A DNA stretch of 64,000 nt, taken from assembly GCA_964016885.1 (NCBI GenBank), contig OZ024747.1:12710001-12774000 (forward strand), in the 5' to 3' direction. The position numbers were made by a program, and so were the translations under genes. Under the pieces are notes generated by a model. It did not search any database. It worked only from the letters and a program-made list of their open reading frames with translations, and was not told the DNA's origin. Shown piece after piece: positions 21,901 through 34,232 of this stretch. Numbering within the stretch: the stretch's first letter is position 1; the number at the start of each line of letters is the position of its first letter. Origin of the DNA: Eledone cirrhosa. Its lineage: Eukaryota.

Positions 21901-24900
21901 GGCAGTGGAGTTTTGTTTTTAATCTTTGCTAAATTTACTTTGAGACCTCTTGATTCTAGGTTTTACTTGCATATTTGGAATTTCTTCCTTAAATCTTTGA
22001 TATATTAAGCTATGACAACTAGGTTATCAGCATACAAGAATTCCCATTGTCAACTAGTTTTAAACTCCTATTATGACCCGGAAGACTATAATAAACATGG
22101 GTAAGCTGAAAACTGATCCCTGAAACTTACTAACCATCATTCTAGAAATCTTTGGTCTGTTCCTCTAATTTGATTATTTCCTTGATTAAAACTACTTTAT
22201 AAATTTATTTCAAAAGTTGGCCTTGTGATATGAGTTTATATCCTGCCACTGATATGGCAGTTTATTCTCAAGAATGTACATCAATTTTAAATTTGAAAGA
22301 ATGTCTTGTTCATCAATTTATTTTTAAACATTTTAATTTTTTGTAACATTTCTGATATTTTTGTCTAATTTGTGTCAATCCTCTTAGGAAGAAAACTATG
22401 CAAGCAAGTTAAAGAAATCTGAGAAAAAAAGTCGTAAAAAAGCAGCAATGTGTGAAAATGAGATTGAAGCTGAATTTCAAGAGGAGTTGAGTGCTATTTC
22501 TCGGCCCCAACTAATTGACTTGTGGCCTCTTCGTTTGGTTGGCTGGCTCTATACAAATACCCTAAATATACCTCTCTATTATAGTCAACTTAGAGAATAT
22601 CTCATATCTTGGAGAGAAACATATAAAGAAATTGAAGTTGAAACAGAAGAACCTCTTTTAGAAGGTTTGTATTCCCATGCTTTCTTCTTATTATCTAAGA
22701 AACTTTACACTGTACTGATTCTAGTCTATCTTAATACAGTTCATCACAGTTTAATATTGATTCGAATTTTGGAGAAGAGTAAAGTTGATTAAATGTACCC
22801 CAGTTCATGACTGACATTTTATTTTATCAATGCTAGAAGGACAAAAGGCAAAGTTGACCATGGCAGTACAGAGAGTGAAAACTGCACTTCTAGAGTTGTT
22901 GACTGAGTTTACAAATTTCATTTTGTTTCATTTAGCTTTGGAAATTTTTGCTTTTACTATGTTTTCTTATTTCTTTTCATTGTAGAACCAGTAAAGAAAG
23001 TAAAGAAGCGTCAAAGAATTGAACTTCCAGAATATTCTGCAGAAATGCTTGCTTCTACTGCTGCTGTAGCATATACTCCTTCCATTGAAACTATTGATTC
23101 AAAACCAGAACAAAAAATTAGAGTAAATATTTGTAAACATTTCAAACCTCATATCAATATCACTGAACACCATATTTGAATATTGTTTGACTTAGTATCA
23201 TGTTTTAGGAAGCTTTGCTAAAAATATTTTGGTTGAGTGTCACACATGAATGTTTTTTATTTTGTGAATCAACTGAGGATAAAGAGGATTCTACAATCAC
23301 ATCAACAACATGATGATCTCTCTAGTGTTGGTGCACTGATGAAATGTACCTAGTGCACTTTGTAACATGGTTGGCATTAAGAAAGACATCCAGCTGGAGA
23401 AACCATGTCAAAAATGAAATGTGAGATGTGATCCTTCAAGCCATGTAGGAGATTAGCTCCGATTGTATTGACTAACCCATCCAGCATGGAAAAGTGGATG
23501 TAAAACGATGATGATGATAATGATGTAATTTGTAGTGTTAACATAACTGCCAGGTAGATGTAAACAAAATAGAATCTATGTTTTCTTTTGCTGCTTGGCT
23601 GGTCCCACTTGGGGATTCAGCCAGATTAGTTGGAGATGGTTGCTTCTGGAAGGATTGTTTGAGGACAGTGCCCCCACAACCCTCTCAGGAATAAGTGGGT
23701 GAAGAAGAGAAAAAGCGCATTTTTAATTATCAAAATATTAATATATTATAACAGATGTTTATTTAATATATTATTTATAAATAGCTGTATTATTTTTTTT
23801 ATCTTATAACCTACTGGTTTTTGATGTCAAAATATAGTTTTAAAAAAATGTGGTATCAAGGTCAGATTTTGCTGTTTTTTTTTTGTTATTAGTATTTATT
23901 AGCAGTATTTATTCTGACTCTACTTCCTGAGATTATATCCCACCAATGCCAACTTTGCTTTTCATCCTTTGTAGGTTGATAAAATAAAGTATCAGTCGAG
24001 TACTGGGGTGGGGGAGTACCCCATTAAATTTCTATCATTATTTTATTTGTCTATATCTTAGTGTCTTTGAAGATATCTTTTTATGTTACATATATGTTGT
24101 TAATAAATATTACAAGTTGTTACACAATAGCAATAACTAAGTTTTACTTATTTATATACATGTAGTCTGGTGTTGAATGGAGTGAAGAAGAATATGCATT
24201 ACTGGCAAGAGCTGTCGCAAAATACCCTGGAGGAACTAGTGGTCGATGGGAAAAAGTAGCTGAGATGGTGGGTCGACCTGTTTCAGAGGTAATATTTTAA
24301 TTTCATTTACACAGATAGAATGGAATGGAGCTCTGTTGGTTTTGACAATGAGTGTTTCAATTGTTGCTCAAGGAAACCACCTGCTTCTGAATTAACATGT
24401 AGGTGACTGAGCATTCCACATACATGTGTACCTTTAACATAATTCTCAGGGAGATTCAACATGATTCAGTGTAACAAGGCTAGCCCTTAGAATTATAGGT
24501 ACAGTCCATCTGATGGGTTTCCAAACAGTTTCTGTTTACCTAGTTTTACTCACAAGGTATGGGTTGACTTGGGGCTATGGTAAATGATACCTAACCTAGA
24601 TGCCATGCAGTAGTTCAAACCAGGGACTAATGATTGCAAAGATAATTATTTAATAGTATAGTATAACCCTTTAACATTTACCAGTGTAAACTAAATTTGT
24701 TTTTAATTACAGGTTATAAGTAAATCAAAAAGCAACAAGAGAAACATTTTAGCAAATTCAATATCAAGCTTACAAGGTCAGTTATTTTTCTTTTTAAAAT
24801 AAGTATTAATTTATTTTTAGCCTCTTCTTCTCAAATTACAACCTTCATACCCTGGTCCATTGCTCTATGGGGTTCTCATTTTCTTCTATTTAGCTATAGT

Positions 24901-27104
24901 AATGATTTCATCACCTTTGAAATTGGCTGTGTACTTGTGTGTGACAGTGCACATCTATGCAGGTTTAGCTGGCCTTCTCCAAGGTATATCTCGCTGGAGG
25001 TGTCTTGGGTGATTTAATGATAGGGACCCCAGTCCTATCATCTCATTTCTACAGCTGAGTAAACTAGAGCAACATGAAATAAAGTGTCTTGCTCAAGGAA
25101 ACAACACATAACCCAGTCCGAGCATTGAACTCACAACCTTTCGATTGCAAGCCCAATGCTCTAACCACTAAGCCATGCCTACTTGGCTTCTACTTGAATC
25201 TATCTATTGCAGACATCTTTCTGAATTTCACAGTTTGCACTCTATTTCTTTCTTTAAATCAGTTACAACTTCTTAGTAGCTGTTCTCATCATCACAGTGC
25301 TCTTCCACATGCCATCAGAGATCACCCCTTCCCTTCCTTACTCATCATTCTGTGAAACCCCAACCTCACTTGTCATACACCCATGACATCATACTTATTA
25401 TCCTTCATACAACCCCTCATCCTATGCCTCTCTAGAAGGTAGAGAGATCTTCAGTTGAGTTACTAACCAACAAACCCTCTAATTCTGGTGTTATGAAATG
25501 TGTACTAGTACACCCTGTAAGCTGGTTGATGATAGGAAGGACATCCAGCTGTAGAAACCATTCCAAAAAGGGTTGAGAGAACTCTTCAGTTTTGTCAAGG
25601 GCATTGCAACCTCTCAAGTGTTGATGACCTACATGATAAATGCACCCTATACACTCTGTAAAATGATTGGTGATAGGAAGGGCAGCCAGCCATAGAAAAC
25701 TTGCCAAATAAAGCTTTGAGAGGACTTTTCAGTTGTGTCAAACACATCGCAACTCCCACCTACTTAGTGCTGGTGCCACAATAAAAATACACCCTGTGCA
25801 CTCGGTAGATTCCAGGAGCATTTATAAGCGAGATGGGCGCTCCAACATCAGCCCACTCAAGAGGTCAGTAGCACTGATTAAGTACTGACCTGGCTCCAGT
25901 CTTTGTTATAATCATTATTGATATCATACTTGTATTGTTAATATTTTTGTGAAAGACATCTCAAAGCATTTCAGTTTGCCTTCTCCTTATAAGCCTTTAA
26001 TTAAAACTCATTTTTCTTATTTCTTTTCTTTTACCTTTTCAGATAGTGTGAATGTTAAACCAGCATCAAAGACAAACTTAGTCAATGACAACATTATATC
26101 TACTAAAATGAATTCAGAAGTATTTCTAGATACAATGTATGGTTCTGTAACATCGAGTGCAGAGAAAGGACTCGCATCTAGCCACAAGAAAAAAAATAAC
26201 AGTAACACTGTGGCTCAGAATATTGGTTCATTTGAAGCAGTTGATTCTGAAAAAAGCCAAACAAACAGTACACCATCAGAAGCTGTTATCAACACTGATG
26301 GAGGTAACAGTAACACTTCACAAAATAAAATAATAACCGATGAAATTCCAAAGAACAGTCCAGATATCTGGTCTCAGTCTAATCAGATGATCTTTGAAAA
26401 GATGCTGCGGTTATATCCCAAAGGTACTGAATTAAGGTGGGAAAAAATTGCTGAAAATATTCCTTCTAAAACTAAGGTATGAAGCTATTTTGATTGGTTA
26501 AATTCTTTTCAAATAAATGAAAATTTTGTAATTTACAAGGTTCGGCTGAAAAGTTGATAGGTTGACTATGAATGGGGCAATGCTAGTGCTGTGAAATCTT
26601 GCATGCATTAATTTCAACAATTCTTATTAATAACTGCATTGTATCTCTCTAGGGACTATGTTGAAAAATAAACCTTATTTGGTCAGCCTATGAACTTTTC
26701 AGCTGATTCTCATATTTGAGTCTACTATAACCCTTTAGCATTTACATTATTCTATATTTACTATTGCATTTTCACAGTAAAGGCTTTACCTCACATAATT
26801 ATCTCACATAATATTGTATCAATGAGACTTTGATATTATTTATTTTGAGAACAATGCCTTAACATCAGTATGAGTGGCCAGTTTAAACAGTAACAGGTGA
26901 GAGAATTCTGGCTGGATATGGCCGGTTTAAATGCTAAAGGGTTAAACCAATGTTTCAGTTGTTATTTCTTAGACTGGGACAGTATTTGAAACTACTATAT
27001 ACTGACATCTCTATTGGTATTTCTTGCAGGAGGACTGCATATTGCGCTTCAAATATTTGGTAAATGTGATTAAAAAGAAGAAAGAGAATACAGCCATGAT
27101 GTAA
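18017..27104 (+). CDS. DNAJC1: DnaJ homolog subfamily C member 1 (ERdj1/MTJ1-like): signal peptide, J domain, TM segment, two SANT domains; 10 exons, 526 aa
   Basis: Exons: 18017-18166, 20002-20103, 20565-20611, 21373-21544, 22388-22664, 22986-23122, 24166-24288, 24713-24776, 26043-26476, 27030-27104. Total 1581 nt, GT-AG, in frame. Motifs: [89 protein letters not shown]. Confidence 0.95.
25035..25178 (-). mobile_element. tRNA-derived SINE (family C)
   Basis: Minus strand begins tggcttagtggttagagc...gagttcaatgc...ttgagcaagacactt; near-identical to 33272-33418. Confidence 0.75.
26534..26714. mobile_element. Tc1/mariner-type MITE
   Basis: TA-flanked imperfect TIRs of ~30 bp: tacaaggttcggctgaaaagttgataggttgac / gtcagcctatgaacttttcagctgattctcata. 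Confidence 0.7.
26727..26945 (-). mobile_element. piggyBac-type MITE copy 5 (DNAJC1 intron 9)
   Basis: Same TIRs; body reversed relative to copies 1-4. Confidence 0.85.
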
Positions 27105-27273
27105 GCCAGTGGAGGTGAGAAAATCAATAAAGTTATGGCAATAATAAGCTTCTGCTATCAAATGTCAATCATAGTTGCTTAACTAGGAGTATTTCTTCTT
27201 TGTCACATAATATATTTTAAAGAGGAACTTTTGTTTGCTCTATATCTTCATCATTAAAACGGGACAGCTTTTA

Positions 27274-27465
27274 AAATAATAATAATGAAATTATTGTGTA
27301 CAGTGCTCAGGTGCACTACAATTCATCAAAGGTGAATGTATAGAACATAGAATAATGTACAAATGTCAGGGAAATGAACAGTGTATGAGTCATGATATAC
27401 ATGTGCGTGCGTGTATAGAGGGGTGATATCATGTATAGTGTTGGCAAATTTCAGGAAGCATGGTT
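27274..27465 (-). mobile_element. CR1-clade LINE 3' end, antisense, just downstream of the DNAJC1 stop
   Basis: Reverse complement of the CR1 tail at 31570-31740; a tiny copy is also at 60684-60719. Confidence 0.75.
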
Positions 27466-27990
27466 GAAAGATTTTTTTCTTTCTTGGAATGTAATATTAA
27501 AAGGATGAAAAATTGAAGCAAGCTTTGAAGCATTAAAAATTAGTTTCTGGAGTCGTGGATTAACAGAATTGTTAGAGTGTTGTTCAAATGCTTAGAAGAT
27601 TTTGTTCTAGCTCTTTACATTCTGAGTTCAGATCCCACCAAGGATAACTTTGCCTTTTATTCTTCTGGGATCGATAAAATAAGTCTTTTGGTATAATAAT
27701 TTCTCTTATTTTTCAGGTTTTCTAATTGACAATTGAAATCTATTGCTGGATGCTAGAGTATATTTGACAAACAAGTGTTGTTTTCTACACTGAGTCTCCA
27801 CACATTTATACTGAAATACCAAAGAATATACCTCATTTGTTGCTTCTTCAGAGCTGGAATATCATTATGAACAAAATACTCTGTGTTGTTGTTATTATAT
27901 ACTTTTTGTTATCAGAAGTCTCCATTTAATACATTGGAAAACAAACTAGATTCAGTTGGTGATCGAAACTGTTAATCATTGTTACACACA

Positions 27991-28043
<53 letters not shown>

Positions 28044-28701
28044 CACATTTCCATTTGATAATGTTATATTTCACTGAACCTGGCAGAACTATTTCAGGTT
28101 ATCCCATATGTAATACATTTTTATTTTAAATATATGAAATCTTTTACTTAACATATTCACCATATATGTCTGTATTAGTATTTTGTATGTGTTTGTATAT
28201 ATGTAAATAATGTCTTTATATTTGTTGGCGTTTCTTTGAAAATACAGACATTTCTATGTATATAAAGACACTTTTAAATGTATATATCTAGAATAATGAG
28301 AGGCTGTATGTGTTACCATTTTTTTTAAAGAGTAAAATATATTTCTCTGTAGATACATACAGACAGATGTGGTGCTGTTAGCTGATAACGTTTGGACTTT
28401 TGTATTACTTTTGAAGAAGTTCTGATTTTAATAACTGCTTCAGACACAAACTTGAATCAAGTGCATCTTTATTCTTATTTCTAATTTATTTTTTGCCAAA
28501 TATAAATGATATCAAATACTAAAACAATCATTTAGTTAATATTTATTTATTCTTTAGGCACAAATTGTTATGTGCAACCTTTTCAGGGCAAAGAAAATAT
28601 CAAAGATGGCTTGGAGCATGTCTGTTAAATATTTCTGAAATAGTACAACATTTGGTGTCTTTATACTACACATATTTTGTATACATATCTATATTTATCT
28701 A

Positions 28702-28744
<43 letters not shown>

Positions 28745-30568
28745 CATCATCATCTTCGTTTAACGTCCCTTTTCCACGCTAGCATGGGTTAGACGGGAGT
28801 TGTCCCACTTGAGGCAAGGTTGGTCGGGTGACTGTGTCTCACTCATATAGGACTATCTGGCATGTTTTCTACGGCTGGATGCCCTTCCTAACCAACCACA
28901 TTTACAGTGTGGAACTGGGAACTTTTTACCATGTAACCTACATGGCCACATTACAGCGTTTCCTAATGCCATACTATTATGAAAAGAATATTTCTTTCAA
29001 AACAGTTTTTTGGTGAAGATGGATATTTCTTCAATAATAGTAGTGAATCCTACTACTAATAGTAGTAGTGATTCCTTCACTGATAGTAATTTTAATCTTT
29101 GTAGAAGCTGGGAAAAACATTTCAAAAGCTAGTGAGAACTAATTTATATATATATATATATCCAAAATTAAATTAAGGGTGTCATGCGCCATATTTACAA
29201 ATTATTCCCTGTGATTATTTCATATGTTTATTTTAGATATATATATATATATATATATATGTCAATCGATTTCTAGTTGATATATATATCAAAAGAGATC
29301 AATATATAATATGGTCATGCGGCTCTATGATCACACAATGAGAGAATTGAAGCCAATATCCTAGGAAACCGCATACGTAATATTTTGCAGAGAAGAATAT
29401 AATCAGGTTAAAAAACAGGCAGAATAAATATTATTAAGCCTAGCAGAAAAACCACCATTAGGGTGGTTTTCTACTAGCCTGCGTAGTGTGTATATTATTA
29501 TACGCAAGTATATATGCATGTAGATATGATACATCAAATAAAATCGTAATTGACTATATACACAAAAATTGAACGAAGACTGCGTTACACTGTCTTATGT
29601 AATCAGTAATGTAATCCATGATACATTAAAAAGAGTTGATAATATATATAAAAGGAGAAAATTAGTGACAGAAATATATGAATGTTTATTTAAGCGATCG
29701 CTAACCGGAAGTGTTGACATTTTAAAGAAGTGAATCTTTAAATAAACAATAAAATATATTTAATCAACAGCTACGAAATTTATTAGATAGATTATGTAAT
29801 ATTCATTCATTATTTATTCAAAGTAATCCAACTTATTTTACTAATGGGATAAAAGATTATAAACCGTACGCAGTCACACCTTCCTTACTTTATTGTAGTT
29901 TAGATGTCGCTGGAGTTTTATGAATTATTTAACTATAGCTATCAGATGAAACAACTTGTAGCCACCAGTCTTCATTATATATACTAGCAGAAAAACCGTC
30001 TGCGGGCGGTTTTCTGCTAGCATATGTAGTGTGCATATTGGTATTATACGCAAATATATATATATATGTAAATTGAAAAGGAAATCGACAATATCTTCTT
30101 CGCCCACTTATTTCTGAGAGGGTCGTGGGGGCAGAGTCCTTCTCAAACACTCCTTCCAGCATGTCTGTCAGAAGCAAACATCTCTAACTGATCCAGCTGG
30201 ATCCCAAAGCAAGACCAGCCAAGCTCATGGATGCTATGCAACTATCTTGCTTAGGGTCTACCTCTAGGTCCCTTGCCATTTGGTTTTGCCTGTAAAATCT
30301 GTCCAGCAATTCTTTACTGAGACATTCTAACCACATGCTAATAATATTGGAGTTGGGATCTCACAATTCGGAGAAGTAGCGGCTCTACCAGGAGTGACTC
30401 TCTGGTCTCTAAGCTATGCACTTTATCGAGTAACGTTACTCCAAATTTGAATTTTTTAAAAGAAGCGAGTCTTGAACTATGCAATAATATTTTTAATATA
30501 TGTTTAATCATTTGTTACAAAATTTAGCACAAATTATATAATATTCATTCATTATTTATTCAAAGTAA

Positions 30569-30780
30569 GGTGGATTGGCAGTATTTATTCAGAGGGCGGT
30601 GGATTGGCAGTATCGGTAGAGGGTCGGACGCCATGCTTTGACGCATAGAGTTACGTCCCTTGCCATTCTGAGTTCAAAGCCCGCCAAGGTTAACTTTGCC
30701 TTTCATCCTCATGGGGTCGATGAAATAAAGTACCAGTAATGCACTGGGTAATTACTGGCCTTGTGCCAAAAGTAGAAACA
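30569..30780 (+). mobile_element. tRNA-derived SINE (family A) with 18-bp target-site duplication
   Basis: A-box-like TGGCAGTATCGG, B-box-like GAGTTCAAAGC, core gttaactttgcctttcatcc..ggggtcga..aaagtaccag. TSD attatttattcaaagtaa at 30551-30568 and 30781-30798. Confidence 0.85.
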
Positions 30781-30877
30781 ATTATTTATTCAAAGTAAAG
30801 CAACTTATTTTACAAACTGGATAAAAAATTATATTCTGGATGCAGTCCCGCACTCCTTTCTTTATTATAGTTAAGTT

Positions 30878-31068
30878 AATTGTTTCTACTTTTGGCACAA
30901 GGCCAGCAATTATCCTAGAGCATAACTGGTACTTTATTTTATTGACCTCGTAAGGATGAAAGGCAAAGTCAACCTCGGCGGAACTTGAACTCAGATCATA
31001 AAGGCCCGTCACTCTATGCTGCAAAGCATGGCATCTGACCTTTTACCGATACTGCCAATCCACCACCC
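30878..31068 (-). mobile_element. SINE family A, inverted copy
   Basis: Reverse-complement homology to 30594-30780. Confidence 0.85.
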
Positions 31069-31184
31069 TTCATTATATATATAATGTTAAATAATTCATA
31101 ATACCCTAACAAAAACATAGAGCAAAACTAGAAGCCACTTAAAAGATAGCCTCCACGATGGGTGTGCCAGCCGAATAAAACAGG

Positions 31185-31745
31185 GGAGATAACTCAAATT
31201 TAGAATTTGCATCACCAGTCTGTAACCCCTATCTTGCTCAGAACATTGACCGCCTGGAAACTGTTCAGAGACGTGCAACCAAATGAATACCTTCCACCAG
31301 GCATCTATCATACTCTGAACACCTTGCTTCCCTGGGCATGGATACATTGAAGCTCCGACAAAATTATTAACCATCTTGCTAACAACAACCCTGATCACCT
31401 TTTTGATTTCCATGTGTCTAACAGACGTGGGCATGCCAACAAAGTCAGAAAACAGCACAGCTCCCATGACTTTCGGAAAAAATATTTTCACGCTCAGAAT
31501 TGCTGAAGCATGAAACAAACTACCTGCATCAGTTATTAGCTGTCGAGACACTGCATCCTTTAAAACCTCCATGCTTGATATCCACCCTCCATACACACGC
31601 ACACATGTATTTCATGACACGTACACTGTTCATTTTCCTGACATTTGTACATTATTCTATGTACTATACATGCACCTTTGATGAGTTGTAGTGCACCTGA
31701 GCACTGTACACAATAATTTCATTATTATTATATTATTATTATTTA
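31185..31745 (+). mobile_element. CR1-clade LINE 3' fragment (RT C-terminus, 3'UTR and (ATT)n tail)
   Basis: Translates ASPVCNPYLAQNIDRLETVQRRATK*IP..LSYSEHLASLGMDTLKLR; ends cacctgagcactgtacacaataatttcattattatt. Confidence 0.85.
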
Positions 31746-32118
31746 CATCTAAAGGGACTACTTCCCTTCGCTGAATGTGAATCGTACCGTGTGAGAGAAA
31801 ACAAATAGTGTTAGAAGGAAAAACGGGTGGTGAGATAGATAGTTAAGAACAAAAGAGAAGCGTATGTTTAGAGGTTACAATGGAATACTAATTGTCCATG
31901 TTTCCACCCATATATCAATATCTATCCGTGTCTTTTGTTCCTATCTGTTAAATTGAATTTTACCAACCTAACTCCGCCTTTTCTCCTTTGTCTATTTGTT
32001 CAGAAACTCATGGCACTATATGTGTGTATGTGTGCAAAAGACAAATAGAAATAAAAAACATATGATGCAGTACAATGAAGAAATATATTAGTTTTACACT
32101 TGATATAGTAGGAAAAGA

Positions 32119-32155
32119 GTTCTAATGTTTCGGATGCTAGGTCTTCATCAGAAAA
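32119..32155 (-). ncRNA. Degenerate minimal hammerhead-ribozyme motif (Penelope-type)
   Basis: Minus strand: tttt-CTGATGA-agacctagcatcc-GAAA-cat-TA-gaa. Both core boxes are in the correct order, but the stems are short and mismatched. Confidence 0.4.
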
Positions 32156-32350
32156 TAGAACGAGTAAAGTGGTTAATGGCAGAAACGAAAAAAAAAAAAG
32201 TCTATTCAAGTCGCCATCTCTTGGAAAACTGTTGATTCTGTCGTTAGTGCATAAGAAAATCATATATATGGAAAAATGCCAAACGAATACATACATCTAT
32301 TTTCTCTCAAGCTACACCTCTGTTATTAGGATTGTATTATTAAAAACTTA

Positions 32351-32645
32351 TGTACACCATGACTTTCGGAAACATTTTTTTACGCTCAGGGTTGCTGAAG
32401 CATAGAACAAATTACCTGCATCAGTTATTAGCTGTCGAGACACTGCAGCTTTTAAAACCTCCATGCTTCCTGAGATTTGCCAACACTATATCTGATATCC
32501 CACATCCATACACATGCACACATGTATATCATGACTCATACACTGTTAATTTTCCTGACATTTGTACATTACTCTATGTACTGTACATGCACCTTTGATG
32601 AGTTGTAGTGCACCTGAGCACTCAATCATTTCATTATTATTATTT
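32351..32645 (+). mobile_element. CR1-clade LINE 3' fragment, second copy
   Basis: Close homology to 31460-31740. Confidence 0.8.
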
Positions 32646-33271
32646 TATTAAAGAAACCATTATTATTATTTTATTACCTTGACATTAAAAGTTTAATAGT
32701 ATTTCTTTAATTTGTCACATCAAAGATTTTTAGAGTCATTCTCTAAGCAAATGTAAAGAAAGAAACCCCAATATTTCAATATGAATATTATATTTTAATT
32801 ATTCATTTAATCATATATTATATTTATTCTTATAAGTTAGAGGCGATTTATATCAGTGTTATCTCTATTTTCCCAAATCTACCTATCTAATAAGTTAATA
32901 TTAGAAACTGACAGGGCAATAGATGATTGACAGAATTGTATTCTGGGGTTAATTTTGTCTTTTATCCTTCCAGAGTACATAAAATAAAGTACTAATCATG
33001 TACTAAGTTGCCACACACGCATTCCACAAATACCAATATATCATCATCATCATTTTGCGTCCGCTTTTCCCTGCTTGCAAGGGTGGGACAGGAACTGATT
33101 CTGGCTTGATTTCTACAGCAGGATGTCCTTCCTAACACCAACCTCATTTACAGCGAGTGCTGGGTACTTTTTTTTCTGTGGCGCCTACACGTCCACTTTA
33201 CAGTGTGGGTTGGGTGCTTTTTTGCCGTGGCACCTCTACGACCACTCTGCAGTGGAATGATAGGGATACGA

Positions 33272-33418
33272 GTCCATATCATCTCATTTCTACAGCTGAG
33301 TAAACTGGAGCAATGTGAAATAAAGTGTCTTGCTCAAGGAAACAACACATCACCCGATCTGAGAATTGAACTCACAACCTTTCGATTGCAAGGCCAATGC
33401 TCTAACCACTAAGCCATG
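33272..33418 (-). mobile_element. tRNA-derived SINE (family C)
   Basis: Near-identical to 25035-25178; relatives at 8655-8895 (-) and 37422-37503 (+). Confidence 0.75.
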
Positions 33419-34232
33419 TACCTCCATATACATATATCTTTTTCATTTGGTTTACACTCACACACATCATCATCATTACCGTTTTACGTCTATTTTCCAC
33501 GCTTACATGGGTCAGACAGATTGTTCTAATTTGAAGCTATACAGGTTAGATGACTGTCTAACTCATACGTTCCATTGTTGTGACGAATGGATGCCCTTTC
33601 TAATGTAAAACACTTCATGGCGTGTACTGGGTGCATTTTATCGTGGCAATACTACTACTACCTGACTACCAACACTACAACGTTAGTGTGGGTTATGTGC
33701 ATTTTATCCAGGACCGTCTCTAGGCTTTGGGATTCAATAGGAACTCCTGGACATTTTGGGAAGGTACTCTAATAGAAGGAACGTATTTCAGGATATTTTT
33801 TTATAAACTCTAATTTGTAAATCTCAGGATACATCTTTGAAAAGTAGGGTAGCATTGCCATCTAGTTCCCTCCCCGACCCTGGCGACAGTCCCGATTTTA
33901 TGGTGACACCAACGCTACTACTTTACAGAACGAGTTAGGTATATTTTATGGTGACACAAGCACTTCCACTTCTCAGTGTGGGGGTGAGCGCTAAGCAAAA
34001 TAATGTAGAACCCGTACACCCACATTTCAACACTAGGGTGCTTGTATCTTTGGCCTGGTTAAGAAGACAGTGATAGGGAGTTAGGGGAATATGAGTGAGT
34101 GATTTAGGGTGTCTGTTACTGGCTCATTGAGGGTGGTGGTGAGCTTAGGGGAAGTTAGTGGTGTCGGGCGGTATTGTGGGTCGCAAGGAGCCGGGGAATT
34201 CATGGTTAAATATGGAATATATATATATATAT

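Noticed and set aside
34060-34200. G-rich patch with scattered TTAGGG
   Set aside because: Only about three dispersed hexamers; not a telomeric tract, probably a repeat fragment.
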